A DNA stretch of 64,000 nt from contig OZ024755.1 in assembly GCA_964016885.1 (NCBI GenBank), forward strand, positions 42,780,001 to 42,844,000. Direction: 5' to 3'. The notes below the pieces were generated by a model. That model saw only the letters and a program-made list of their open reading frames with translations. It did not search any database and had not been told where the DNA came from. Below, one piece after another: positions 37,440 through 49,756 of this stretch; positions within the stretch are counted from its first letter, which is position 1; each line of letters begins with the position of its first letter. The translations under genes and the position numbers were made by a program. This stretch comes from Eledone cirrhosa (Eukaryota).

Positions 37440-39661
37440 ATATACGATATTAATAAATGGAAACTATATTTATAAAACCATATTTATTTCATTATACATA
37501 TTTCAGGGATACCAAATTAAAATATGGTATGCCTTCATCAGACAAAATAAATATATAAACAGTTTTATAAATAATTTTGACGTACCCTATTAAATGCAAC
37601 CATTATTTTTGGAAGCTGTCTGGATAGTGAAATGTTTATATTATTTTATTAGTTATAGTGTTAAGCACAATTAGAAAAAGACGGAGAGAAAGAAAGAAAA
37701 AAACGGAGAAAGAGAAGGAGAGAGAAAGAAGGAGAGAGAGACAAAGAAAACCTGGAGAAATATTGGAGAGAGAAATGTATGTAGAAAAGATGGTCCCACC
37801 TCGACAGAATTTAAACTTCGCTTCAATAATCATAAGAATTCTTTCACAGATCCAAACAAAAAATCTTCAACTTCGCTATCTAGCCTACTCTGGCACCTTA
37901 AACGAGATAATATTAAATATTCGATGATTTGGAATATTATTTCAAAAAGTACTCCTTTTAATTCCTCTTCAGAAAATTGTGATCTTTGTATAGAAGAAAT
38001 ATTCTTTATATTAAAGTCCAAAAATTCCCTTAATTTAAGGAGCAATTTATTCAGTTGCTGCAGACATAGATTGAACTCAACGTTTAAATATAAATTTAAA
38101 ATGTAGTATAATTAATTAAGAAATTTAATTAATATATGAAACCTGTCGATAAATCATTAGATTCCTTCACCTTTTTCATTTTAAACTTTCTTCCTAAATA
38201 TAAACAATGATATAATAAACTACTCTAAAATGTATATGCTCCCAATGTATTAAATAAAATATACGTAAGATAAATTTCTATACTAAATAAGGTTATCCGT
38301 AGAATCACTGGGTCTTCTAAATCTTTTAAATTATTTTTATTTTTTTATTTGTTTTGACTCTGATAGCTTCTAATAACTTTCATAAGTCTACCCTTTCAAT
38401 ATCTTGTTTGAGATATAGGTAGAATAGATTTCTATAATAAATATATAAAACATATTATTTTAACTTGAGATACTCTATAGTGTTTTAAAGATATTTAATG
38501 CTTTGATATTTCTATATTAATATATTGATATTTGATTATCTCTATACAAATGCCATATGTGTGTATTAACATGCATATAAAAGTGTTATAGGGTATATTT
38601 ATGTGTTTGTATATATGTCTGTATATATACATGAGCGATGCTGGAAGACTCACGCAGATATTTATTTATACATATGTATGTGTATATATGTGTGTGTGTA
38701 TATGTGATGTATGTTGCAGATATGCATAATATTAAATACATGAATGGTAATCGTATATATGAGGACATGAATATTAATCGTATATTTATGTATATATACT
38801 GTGAACTTTTTATAACACAAGGAGTGTATAGCAGTGATCAAGTGAAATCATTTGCGCTTTGTGTGTCTATATTATTGGCTTGAGTAGACATAATTTCTAT
38901 TTTCAGGACGTACATATGTGTGTATATATATATACATATTTGTATCCTGATTTTTATAAATAGGGTACTTTTTCAAAGATTTAACTCAGATTTTGGTATA
39001 TTGATCTCAAGTTTTTAAACTAAACATATGGTCATTATTGAACAATGTTATTTTCTCATATTATATATCTATGTCCCATTCATGAATATTGATATTTATA
39101 TTTTTATTATTCATTTCATATAAATTGTTAACTCAACTTAATATGACATGACGTAAAGTTGTCACTATCTCCCCCTCTCTCTATATAGTATTTTCTCTCT
39201 CTTGAGTTTTTCTATCTGTATGATGACTTATCTCTCTGTTGCTTTCCTTTGTTTTTCTTATTTCTTCCTTTTTTCTTTCTTTTTTATTTCCTCATATATT
39301 TATCTCTTTCTTTTCTACATACATTTCTCTCTCTCTCCGATATTTCTCCAGGTTTTCTTTGTCTCTCTCTCCTTTCTCTCTCCTTCTCTTTCTCCGTTTT
39401 TTTCTTTCTTTCTCTCTGTCTTTTTCTAATTGTGCTTAACACTATAACTAATAAAATAATATAAACATTTCACTATCCAGACAGCTTCCAAAAATAATGG
39501 TTGCATTTAATAGGGTACGTCAAAATTATTTATAAAACTGTTTATATATTGTATTTTGTCTGATGAAGGCATACCATATTTTAATTTGGTATCCCTGAAA
39601 TATGTATAATGAAATAAATATGGTTTTATAAATATAGTTTCCATTTATTAATATCGTATAT
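37440..39661 (+). mobile_element. 5'-truncated PLE: inverted pLTR (37440-37790), GIY-YIG C-terminus (37792-38106), long AT-rich UTR, pLTR (39309-39661)
   Basis: GPTSTEFKLRFNNHKNSF...TSLSSLLWHLK...IWNII...CDLCIEE...LNLRSNLFSCCRH. About 350-bp near-perfect inverted arms. Confidence 0.85.
39552..39616 (+). ncRNA. Minimal hammerhead ribozyme (mirror copy on the minus strand at 37485-37549)
   Basis: TATTTTGT-CTGATGA-AGGCATACCA...TGGTATCCCT-GAAA-TATGTA-TA-ATGAAATA. Confidence 0.82.
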
Positions 39662-40383
39662 TTTTATATATATATGTGCGTACGAACCTCTGTATGTTTT
39701 CTACTTTTTATTTATATTTTTTCTAGTGTTACTTTATAATTGATAACCCCTCCTGCGTACTTTCTCTTTGATTTAATTTTTTTATTCTCATATATTTTTT
39801 CTTTTTCATTTTCATATTTTATATTTTTTATATATGTATCGACCTTCAGCCTGACACTGCTTTGACTGATACACTCCCTTCCCTGTATATATCACATGCA
39901 TGTATGTGGTTGCGCATGTGTGTGTGTTTATACGGGTGCTTTCATACTTGTATGTGTATATATTTCAATCCTTAGTCCCTGAGTCTGTATCTACGCTAAC
40001 TCTATTATCTTACTATTTCTTTTTTCAACATATATTATATACGTATTTGTGGTCACGCATACACTGATATGCTTGCCCTCAAGTATGTACTTATGCACAC
40101 ATTTTTTCACTATACACATGCATTTGTACATATGTACATTTGTAGGTGCATATACACACATTTATACACATACCCTTACTATATTTCCTTATTTTATTTT
40201 TATATATCTCTTGCATTACTTTTATTTATATATTTTTTTTGCCCATTAAACTTTTGCCTTTCTTGAGATTTTTCAAATATTTCACTGTTTTAAATTGCCT
40301 TGTCTTTCAAACGAATGAGGACGTTTCTTGTATTTGTCTTATTCAGGAAACCTCTGGTAATGAGGTAATTATATTGTATTGTT

Positions 40384-40450
<67 letters not shown>

Positions 40451-40533
40451 GGAGGTGAATTTTATTGTAGTACAATAAAGCAATGCAGATATCGGATAAG
40501 AAGCACTCTACAGTTTGTAGGACTGGAGTATAC

Positions 40534-40870
40534 ATAATATATAAGAACAAAAGATGGTTAAAAGAGTTCCATGTATTTTATTATGCACATTTCAAAAACA
40601 AATATCATCATGCAATAACATTTGTGTTTTCATCAGATAAAATAGGAGGACATGATATGAAGGTTAAAAAACACTTGTGGATAGTGCAGTTTTAAATCAA
40701 CAGTTGATTTAAAACTGCACTATCCACAAGTGTTTTTTAACCTTCATATCATGTCCTCCTATTTTATCTGATGAAAACACAAATGTTATTGCATGATGAT
40801 ATTTGTTTTTGAAATGTGCATAATAAAATACATGGAACTCTTTTAACCATCTTTTGTTCTTATATATTAT
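40534..40870. mobile_element. Perfect ~337-bp palindrome (centre 40702) made of two hammerhead-bearing arms
   Basis: ...TTTTAAATCAAC A GTTGATTTAAAA... The ORF track gives the same peptide on both strands. Confidence 0.9.
40760..40830 (+). ncRNA. Minimal hammerhead ribozyme (mirror copy on the minus strand at 40574-40644)
   Basis: TATTTTAT-CTGATGA-AAACACAAATGTTATT GCAT GATGATATTTGTTTTT-GAAA-TGTGCA-TA-ATAAAATA. Confidence 0.85.
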
Positions 40871-41946
40871 ATATATATATATATACACATATATCATAGA
40901 TTGAGTTAGAAACTGAAAATAGTCTTTTACAATAAAATAGCTCAAAGAAGGGAATCTTTCCGAGCCGTGTAATACAAATGAATATATGAGGGATGAACAC
41001 AGATACAAGTATACATGTGTTCATTCCTCTCATATATTCAATTATATAAATATATATAAGTTAACAAGCGATGCAACAACACAACACACGCAAACGAGAC
41101 AACTACACACACACACACGCACACACGCACACACACACAGTAGCATTCCACCATACAAACATACTACACTGCCAATACAAAGGAACAAGGCAACAACACA
41201 CGCACACACACACACACTCAAGCGAGACAACAACACACGCACACACACACACAGTAACATTTAACAAACAGGCAGAGAATGGACTGACAGCTAGCGCCAT
41301 CCCACTCCCTCATTCGGCCGCTGACCTCTGTATGACCGACCCCATTTCACGCGCACGCGCGCTCTGCCGAATACCTCAGATATTCAAAACAACAAACAGC
41401 AAAGGATGCGTTCCGGACTTGTCCGACAGACAACCTTTTCCCCCACCCCGGAAAAAAACCCCAGTTGATGGATGTGAATCCAAAATATATAGGGACTATT
41501 AAATCTCTCCCAAGGTAACTCTCTCTTGTGTTGTTATTTTAATTTTATCCTTTATACTCTTCCCTTCATTCTACACATCTCACACATCTTATACACACCA
41601 CGCATCTCAACGTACACCCACTTACATCTCTCTCTCCACCACCGGACCTTGTTACCCGGAGATTGACCCATTTGCATTGTCGAGGCTTCCAAACGACTTA
41701 AAGATATTTACATAAATATATATGTATATTTGTTTTGCAAGGTTTTTGATATAATTAGTCCCTACTGTTTATTTTATATTCTGTTTAGTGATTTATATAC
41801 TTACTTATTTATTTTTATACATAACTGGGGTCAATGAAGAGCTTAGTGATTCTATGAAAGTATCAGTAATCTAAAAGGTTTAGGGATCCCTGGCTTACAA
41901 CCAGGGGCAGCAAATTGACAGAGTTGTTGGAATGTCAGATAGAATG

Positions 41947-42523
41947 TGTAGTGACGTGGTTAATGGGCCTGGTCACTACTTCTGATCGGGTCTGAGAATA
42001 GCTCTTAAAAGGATTGTTGTCTCATACGGTAAGGATGAACAGACGAAAGAAGAAGTTGAAAGGACGAGCAGGCAAAAGATGTAGTTTCGTTCAAAGATTT
42101 ATTCCATACATGAAGCAACGATACAGAGGTACAAGGCGTGTGTGTGTGACAAGTGTGGCAGTGGAGAAGAACAATGATACGTGAGCTGACTCTGCCAAAG
42201 GTCGACTGGAACCACTCTATTTATACACAAATAAACGTTTGATGTTTAACCGCTGCGTAGGCGTTTTATTTTGGTGGCCTAAGGGTTGTTTGTTTCACTG
42301 GGGTGAGGTAGCTAGATAAGCAGATAGAGTTGTTTATTTCACTGGTAAGGACAGATGTTATTTCCGGTGGCTGTACAAATGCTTTCTGGCTAAGTTTGAT
42401 AAATAAACTACCAGTTCACTACTAAGATCAACTCTCTCTCTCTCTCTCTCTCTCTCTGTAGCTCTATCTATCTATCTATCTATCCATCTTGACGGCTGTG
42501 TCCAAGGCACAGTGTATGCCACA
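41947..42523 (-). mobile_element. Probable solo LTR
   Basis: TGT...ACA ends, and minus-strand TATAAATAG followed by AATAAA. No clear TSD. Confidence 0.5.
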
Positions 42524-42627
42524 GCAGTCCTCTATAAGGAGTTAATAGACTATAGATGTTAATAAGGAGTTAATAGACTATATATGTTGCCATATATATA
42601 CTTTTAAATTTAAATTTTTCTTGACAG

Positions 42628-42776
42628 GTTGAATACATTGCTAAATTGGCTGAGTTTGTGTCATGTTTGACTACAAAGATGTCAGAAGTGGTGCCAAATG
42701 CAAAGGTAATTTGGTATGACAGTGTCACCAGAAAAGGCCACTTACAGTGGCAGGATGAGCTTAATTTCAACAATGA
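42628..42776 (+). CDS. ENGASE: ENGase exon 5
   Basis: CAG|...GA|GTAAGT. VEYIAKLAEFV...VIWYDSVTRKGHLQWQDELNFNN. Confidence 0.95.
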
Positions 42777-43176
42777 GTAAGTGCATTAGATTTTGGTTTA
42801 TTTTGAAGATGTGTTATTATATTTTTACATTTTTTATATTTGTTCCACCTCTCCACACTCTCAGTTCAAATCCCGCCGAGGTTAGCTTTGCCTTTCATCC
42901 TTTCAGGCATGATAAATAAAGTACTTCTCTAGGGACTGTGGGTTGACAAAATTGTTTAATTGTTTAAAACATCTTTAACCAGTTGAAACCACCTCCGGTT
43001 TTTTGATACAAAGTTACTTTCTTTTAAGCTACTTTTTTAATATTCGTCTAAAACTTTTCATCATAATTTTAAGTAAGAAGCTTTGATCAGTTATGTTCTA
43101 AACACCAGCTTGATAATTAGAAAGGGAGTTATATTACTGAATCCTTCCAAGTCTTTCATTGTTTTTGAAAATCCTA

Positions 43177-45102
43177 GCAGTGTCTTTCATTAGAAATATG
43201 GTAATGGAAGGGTTAATGACATAGACAGTGTCTTTCATTAGAAATATGGTAATGGAAGGGTTAAAGACATAGACAGTGTTTTTCATTAGAATTATGGTAA
43301 TGAAAGTGTTAAAGACATAGACAGTGTCTTTCATTAGAAATATGGTAATGGAAGGGTTAAAGACATAGACAGTGTCTTTCATTAGAAATATGGTAATGAA
43401 AGGGTTAATGACATAGACAGTGTCTTTCATTAGAAATATGGTAATGGAAGGGTTAAAGACATAGACAGTGTCTTTCATTAGAAATATGGTAATGAAAGGG
43501 TTAATGACATAGACAGTGTCTTTCATTAGAAATATGGTAATGAAAGTGTTAAAGACATAGACAGTGTCTTTCATTAGAAATATGGTAATGAAAGGGTTAA
43601 TGACATAGACAGTGTCTTTCATTAGAAATATGGTAATGAAAGTGTTAAAGACATAGACAGTGTCTTTAATTAGAAATATGGTAATAAAAGTGTTAATGAC
43701 ATAGACAGTGTCTTTCATTAGAAATATGGTAATGAAAGTGTTAAAGACATAGACAGTGTCTTTCATTAGAAATATGGTAATGAAAGGGTTAATGACATAG
43801 ACAGTGTCTTTCATTAGAAATATGGTAATGAAAGGGTTAATGACATAGACAGTGTCTTTCATTAGAAATATGGTAATGGAAGGGTTAAAGACATAGACAG
43901 TGTCTTTCATTAGAAATATGGTAATGAAAGTGTTAATGACATAGACAGTGTCTTTCATTAGAAATATGGTAATGAAAGGGTTAATGACATAGACAGTGTC
44001 TTTCATTAGAAATAGGGTAATGAAAGTGTTAAAGACATAGACAGTGTCTTTAATTAGAAATATGGTAATAAAAGTGTTAATGACATAGACAGTGTCTTTC
44101 ATTAGAAATATGGTAATGAAAGTGTTAAAGACATAGACAGTGTCTTTCATTAGAAATATGGTAATGAAAGTGTTAAAGACATAGACAGTGTCTTTCATTA
44201 GAAATATGGTAATGGAAGGGTTAAAGACATAGACAGTGTCTTTCATTAGAAATATGGTAATGAAAGGGTTAATGACATAGACAGTGTCTTTCATTAGAAA
44301 TATGGTAATGGAAGGGTTAAAGACATAGACAGTGTCTTTCATTAGAAATATGGTAATGAAAGGGTTAATGACATAGACAGTGTCTTTCATTAGAAATATG
44401 GTAATGAAAGGGTTAACGACATAGACAGTGTCTTTCATTAGAAATATGGTAATGAAAGTGTTAATGACATAGACAGTGTCTTTCATTAGAAATATGGTAA
44501 TGAAAGGGTTAATGACATAGACAGTGTCTTTCATTAGAAATAGGGTAATGAAAGTGTTAAAGACATAGACAGTGTCTTTAATTAGAAATATGGTAATAAA
44601 AGTGTTAATGACATAGACAGTGTCTTTCATTAGAAATATGGTAATGAAAGTGTTAAAGACATAGACAGTGTCTTTCATTAGAAATATGGTAATGAAAGTG
44701 TTAAAGACATAGACAGTGTCTTTCATTAGAAATATGGTAATGGAAGGGTTAAAGACATAGACAGTGTCTTTCATTAGAAATATGGTAATGAAAGGGTTAA
44801 AGACATAGACAGTGTCTTTCATTAGAAATATGGTAATGGAAGGGTTAAAGACATAGACAGTGTCTTTCATTAGAAATATGGTAATGAAAGGGTTAATGAC
44901 ATAGACAGTGTCTTTCATTAGAAATATGGTAATGAAAGGGTTAACGACATAGACAGTGTCTTTCATTAGAAATATGGTAATGAAAGGGTTAATGACATAG
45001 ACAGTGTCTTTCTTTAGAAATATGGTAATGAAAGGGTTAATGACATAGACAGTGTCTTTCATTAGAAATATGGTAATGAAAGGGTTAATGACATTAGAAA
45101 TA
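43177..45102. repeat. 48-bp minisatellite, about 40 units
   Basis: Same unit as 5312-5683. It produces the spurious 713-aa ORF. Confidence 0.97.
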
Positions 45103-45661
45103 CTAGCAGAAAAACCACCCTTCAGGTGCTTTTCTGCTGTGTGCATATTGATATTATACGCAAGTATATATGCATGTAGATATGATACGTCAAATAAAAT
45201 GGTAATTGAGAATATGCACAGAATTTGAAGTGAGACTGTGTTACACTCTCTTCTGTAATCAGTAAAGTAATCCATGAAACATTTAAAAAAGGCGATATTA
45301 TATATAAACTGTATTACGGTGAAATGTAATGAAAACGAAGGAGAAAATTAGCGACAGAAATATAAACGTTATGATATAACGATGCAAATATATGGATGTT
45401 TATATAAGTGATATGATATCGCGTCCGTTATATCATAACCGGAAATATTGACATTTGAAAATGTTAAAAGAAGTGAAACTTGAAATAACAATCATTATAT
45501 ATAAAATTATTTACATTTAATCAAGAGTTACAAAATTTAGTAGATAAATTATGTAATATTCATTCATTATTTATTCAAAGTAATCCAACTTATTTTACAA
45601 ACGGGAAAAATATATATTCATGACGCAGTCCCACATTCCTCCCTTTATTATATTATAATGA
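45103..45661 (-). mobile_element. Non-autonomous Helitron-like element inserted in the last minisatellite unit
   Basis: Minus-strand TC...hairpin(GCAGAAAAGCACC/GGTGGTTTTTCTGC)CTAG. It splits CATTAGAAATA | (C)GGTAATGAAAAGGG. Confidence 0.65.
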
Positions 45662-45770
45662 CGGTAATGAAAAGGGTCAAATTTCACTGGATTTAAGTGT
45701 GTTTTTTTTTGCTATTTTTGTAAGGAAATTCAATCATATCCACTGTGAACTTCTGCCTTATTCTTTCCAG

Positions 45771-45942
45771 ATTATTTTTTGACAAATGTCATGGAATATT
45801 CCTGAATTATTGTTGGAATGGAAATAAACTGAATAAATCCAAGCAACTTTGCAGCAATAAAGGTCGTGAGTTCGATGTATATGTTGGAATTGATGTCTTT
45901 GGACGTGGTTGTTATGGTGGTGGTGGTTACAATTCAGACAAG
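45771..45942 (+). CDS. ENGASE: ENGase exon 6
   Basis: CAG|...AAG|GTAAAT. FFDKCHGIFLNYCW...DVYVGIDVFGRGCYGGGGY. Confidence 0.95.
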
Positions 45943-46964
45943 GTAAATATCTCAGAAAATGGCTCTTCATTTCTGACATATAAAGATTTCAAAGAGATTG
46001 CAGTTGTAAGTTTTAGCAGATCAAGTAATTGCATAGCAACCTCCCTTGTCAACTGAGGGCAGCAAACTGTAAAATTGATGGGTGTTTTGTTAGTGAGAGG
46101 AAGACAAACAATGAATTACAGAAGATAATGAGAGTAGAACCTGTGATGAATGTTGTGTAGAGAAATGGAATGAGATGGCTGAGCCTTGTGTTGAGGAAGG
46201 ACGAAAGTGACTGAGTGACAGGAATAATGGAATTGAATGTGGAAGGAAGTAGAGGAAAGGGACGACTAAGAAAGACAAAACTAGACAACAGAGGAGGAAA
46301 TGAAAACTGGGGTTTTGTGATGGAGTGATGCAGATGATAGGACAAAAGGGAGAAGTGTGTCATGGGGTCTGCAACATTAACCCCTGCTTTAGTGAGGGTG
46401 TTGCAGATGGGGTCTGCAACACTAACCCCTGCTTTAGTGAGGGTGTTGCAGTTGGTACTCAATTCCAGCCCACCTTTCGTTACTGTAGCTTGGAGAAAGT
46501 TGGTCTATACAAAAGCAATTTGCTCTAGATATATACACTATTCTTCTACTTTTATTCTTTTATTAGTTTTAGTCAGACAATGGCTGTGCCGGGGCACCAA
46601 CTTTGAAAGGATTTAGTCAATCATCTCAACTCTACTACTTATCTTTTCAACACTGGTATTCATATTATCTATCACTTTTTTTTTATCAAACTACTCAGTT
46701 ATATGACATAGATAGAGTCACAAACATGGGCACATATGATGGGCTTCTGCACAGTTTCCATCTGCCAAATTTCACTGACAAAGCATTGATTAACCAAAGG
46801 CTGTAGTAGAAGATATTTTCCTAAAGGAGCCATGTAGGGACTGAACCTGAAACTACGAGATTCAGAAATGAACTCCTTAACCACACAACCCTCACTAGAA
46901 ATAAACATCATTGGTGTCTTTCTGTGATCCCATGTTTTTCACTTCAGTACATATACTTTTACAG

Positions 46965-47068
46965 GCCCTGGAGATAATTCGTAAGGCTGGGCTCTCAGCT
47001 GCTATTTTTGCCAATGGATGGGTTTATGAGTGTCAACCTGTTGAAGAATTTCTCCAGAATGAAATCAG
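46965..47068 (+). CDS. ENGASE: ENGase exon 7
   Basis: CAG|...AG|GTAAAA. ALEIIRKAGLSAAIFANGWVYE. Confidence 0.93.
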
Positions 47069-47379
47069 GTAAAACAATTTATCTAAAATCCCCCATAAGA
47101 TAATAATAATAATAATAATTGTTTCTACTTTTAGCACAAGGCCAGCAATTACCCAGTACATTACTGGTACTTTATTTTATCGACCCCGAAAGGATGAAAG
47201 GCAAAGTTAACCAGACGGGATTTGAACTCATAATAGTAATAATAATAATAATGATTTCTTTATTAGCCGTGCAGGGCTTACATGAATCATTAAAGCCAGT
47301 ACAGACAGAAGAGAACAGAAACAGTGTAAAACGTTATAATGAGATATCGAAAACAGATTCAAACAAAGTAAATTCCCCA

Positions 47380-49300
47380 ATAGGGGGGGACTTCCGAGGA
47401 TCACACATGGAGAAAGCTCACCAAAAGCTATAGTCACCCTGACCACCAATCTACAGACACATACTCAGGGCAGGCTCATTCACTCGAGCCATGCATGCCT
47501 CTCTCATCCATCTTTCAGCAAACTGTATTGGAAGCTAGCACTTCCCTCTCCACCCTGATTTTCCTCTTCAAATGAAACCTGAAAAAGTTAATCAGGACTT
47601 CAATGAAGAGGAAAGTGTTTGTCTTCAGCCCTTTTAGACATGTCTACCACATGACTTTGTAGTGACCTACATTCCGCGGCCACATATACATTCTCCGTGC
47701 GTTATTTGGCTCAGCCCAGCCAATGACTGCCAGCGGAGGAGAATGTGTCTCTACGCGCCCTGAGGGAAAAATTCCCGCGCCGATTCGAGAAATCTCTCTC
47801 TTGCTGCTTGAACCATTGAAAGGTAGACACCTACTTTTCTTTCGCTGTGAAATCACTAACCAATATGTAACACAACAATTTAACCACGGCCTGGCAACAC
47901 CTCAGCCAGTAGAAAATCTTCTGGAAATCTAAATTCGTTTGTTTTATTTCTCTTGGCATGCCTGCTCTACTCAGTTCTACACAGCTCAACCTTTGTTAAT
48001 AATGTAAAACAAGCTAAAGTCGTTGTCGATGTTCTTACCACATCTTTCTACCGAACTGGTTACTCGTGGGATTATAACTATTACATCACTACTTCTATAA
48101 CTCTGCTAAACTGGTGATTAATAAAACTGCTACAATCTCCTATATGTATAACCATGCTTCCTGTTAAAACTTCTTTCACCATAACCACAAGGCAGATAAA
48201 AACTGCCAGCCCTTCCCGGCTAAAGGAAGGTGCAGGGCAATCTTCACGATGGACTCAGCTGATATCTGGATCCGTCCTACACGTGACAGAAGATGTTTGA
48301 CATAAACCCACAAGTCAGCAATGCTTGGACACTGAAAGAGTGCATGTCGGACAGCTTCATTGCCCTGTGCGCATCTTAGACAAGCTGGCGGCACTGCCAT
48401 GCCTGTAGAGTTTATCTCAAACTGGGAATGCTCTCCGGTAGCACTGCCAGACCAGGGATTTCTGGAAGTTGTCCATGGTCTCCGGTCTGAAAGTTTTCTG
48501 GAAAAAAATTGGCCAGTCGATTTTCATTGATGCCCAGAGTATCTGCAAGAACATTGTCACTTTTACCCTCCACCAACCCTCTACAGAATGCCAAGGTGAA
48601 GTTTCCACCAATCTTACTGTTTGAGAGCTTGCAGACATTCCAGTCTCCAAGTATTTCCTCTCAGTCTTCAGTTGATACAGGACTGCAGCTCCGACAAGGA
48701 GACGAGTTGGGGAAAAACATGTCTTGCAAACAGCAACCACACCTGTTCACTGTCAAGGAAGAGCTGATGTAGCCTCAGCCTATGTTTGTACATCATGACC
48801 CACAGCATGCCCTGCCCTCCAGACATCAGATCTGGACAGCAAATGGACTGCCTGACCAGTGGACAGCTGCCAGATATTGATGGGAGATCCTATTGGAAGC
48901 TTTCAATTAATCTAAATTGATTAGAGTCCCACCTGTGCCAGGTTCTTTAGCCACCCTCTCTGATGTATGACATGAGGTGGAGGTTGTCATGGAGGGATCT
49001 GTTTGGGATGGTACATGTCTGCACCTGCCCCATTAGACCACCAACCACTAGTGCCAACCTCGTCACTAACACCTTGGCTAAAATCTTAAACTGCATTTAG
49101 GAGAGGTATGAGCCTAAAATTATCGATATAGACCCCCTTGTTTGGGTCTTTTCTCAGTAGCGTCACAGATCTGCAGCTTATAGAACTGGGAATTCTCCCA
49201 TTCTGCTGCCAGTTGGAGTAGATGTCTACCAAAAGGTCACCGAACAAGTCTGATATGTAAATATAAAGCTTGTAGGGCGACCATCCAAACCAGGTGATTG
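47380..49300 (-). mobile_element. Old, degraded Tx1-like LINE fragments interrupted by a solo LTR
   Basis: MDNFQKSLVWQCYR, CLRC...HALFQCP and WQQNGRIP...IDNFR all match ORF2 at 54463-57955. Confidence 0.8.
47658..48168 (+). mobile_element. Solo LTR with a 4-bp ACTT target-site duplication
   Basis: ATG-ACTT|TGTAGTGACC...GTTAAA|ACTT-CTTTCACC. Removing it restores the Tx1 sequence. AATAAA at about 48120. Confidence 0.7.
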
Positions 49301-49756
49301 GCCCAATAAATAACCCAAAACACCATAGTTTTGAAAGATATTGGAAAAATAACTGAATATACTGACTTGAATAGTCATATGATAGCAGCTTTGGATTTGA
49401 TAACCTGAAAAACGGAGAAACAAACTCAGCAAATAGAGGTTGAAACACAAATTAATCTCCTACAAGTGATTGCCCTGAGGACTAATGCACATATACTCAT
49501 TAAAGTACTGTCTAAGGTCCTTGTTGAGATTTAACAGACACTAAAAGACCCAGAAATCACCATATCTACTGTGCAAACCATCTGGTGACATGACAAAAAG
49601 CAACAAGTCCAGCCTGTAATATAGTTGGTGTTGGGAAGGGCATCCTGCCATAGCAACCAGGCCAAAATGCAGATACATAAGAGTATGTTGGTCTCCGAAC
49701 CTGACTTGTTTCATAACGACAACCCATCTAACCTAGGCAAGCATTTTATGAGAAAA

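Noticed and set aside
40310-40365. Additional hammerhead candidates (also about 41830 and 14126)
   Set aside because: Core or stems are too degenerate to support by eye.
43134-45275. 713-aa repeat protein ORF
   Set aside because: It is a stop-free frame of a 48-bp minisatellite, antisense within an intron, and the same unit occurs elsewhere without an ORF.
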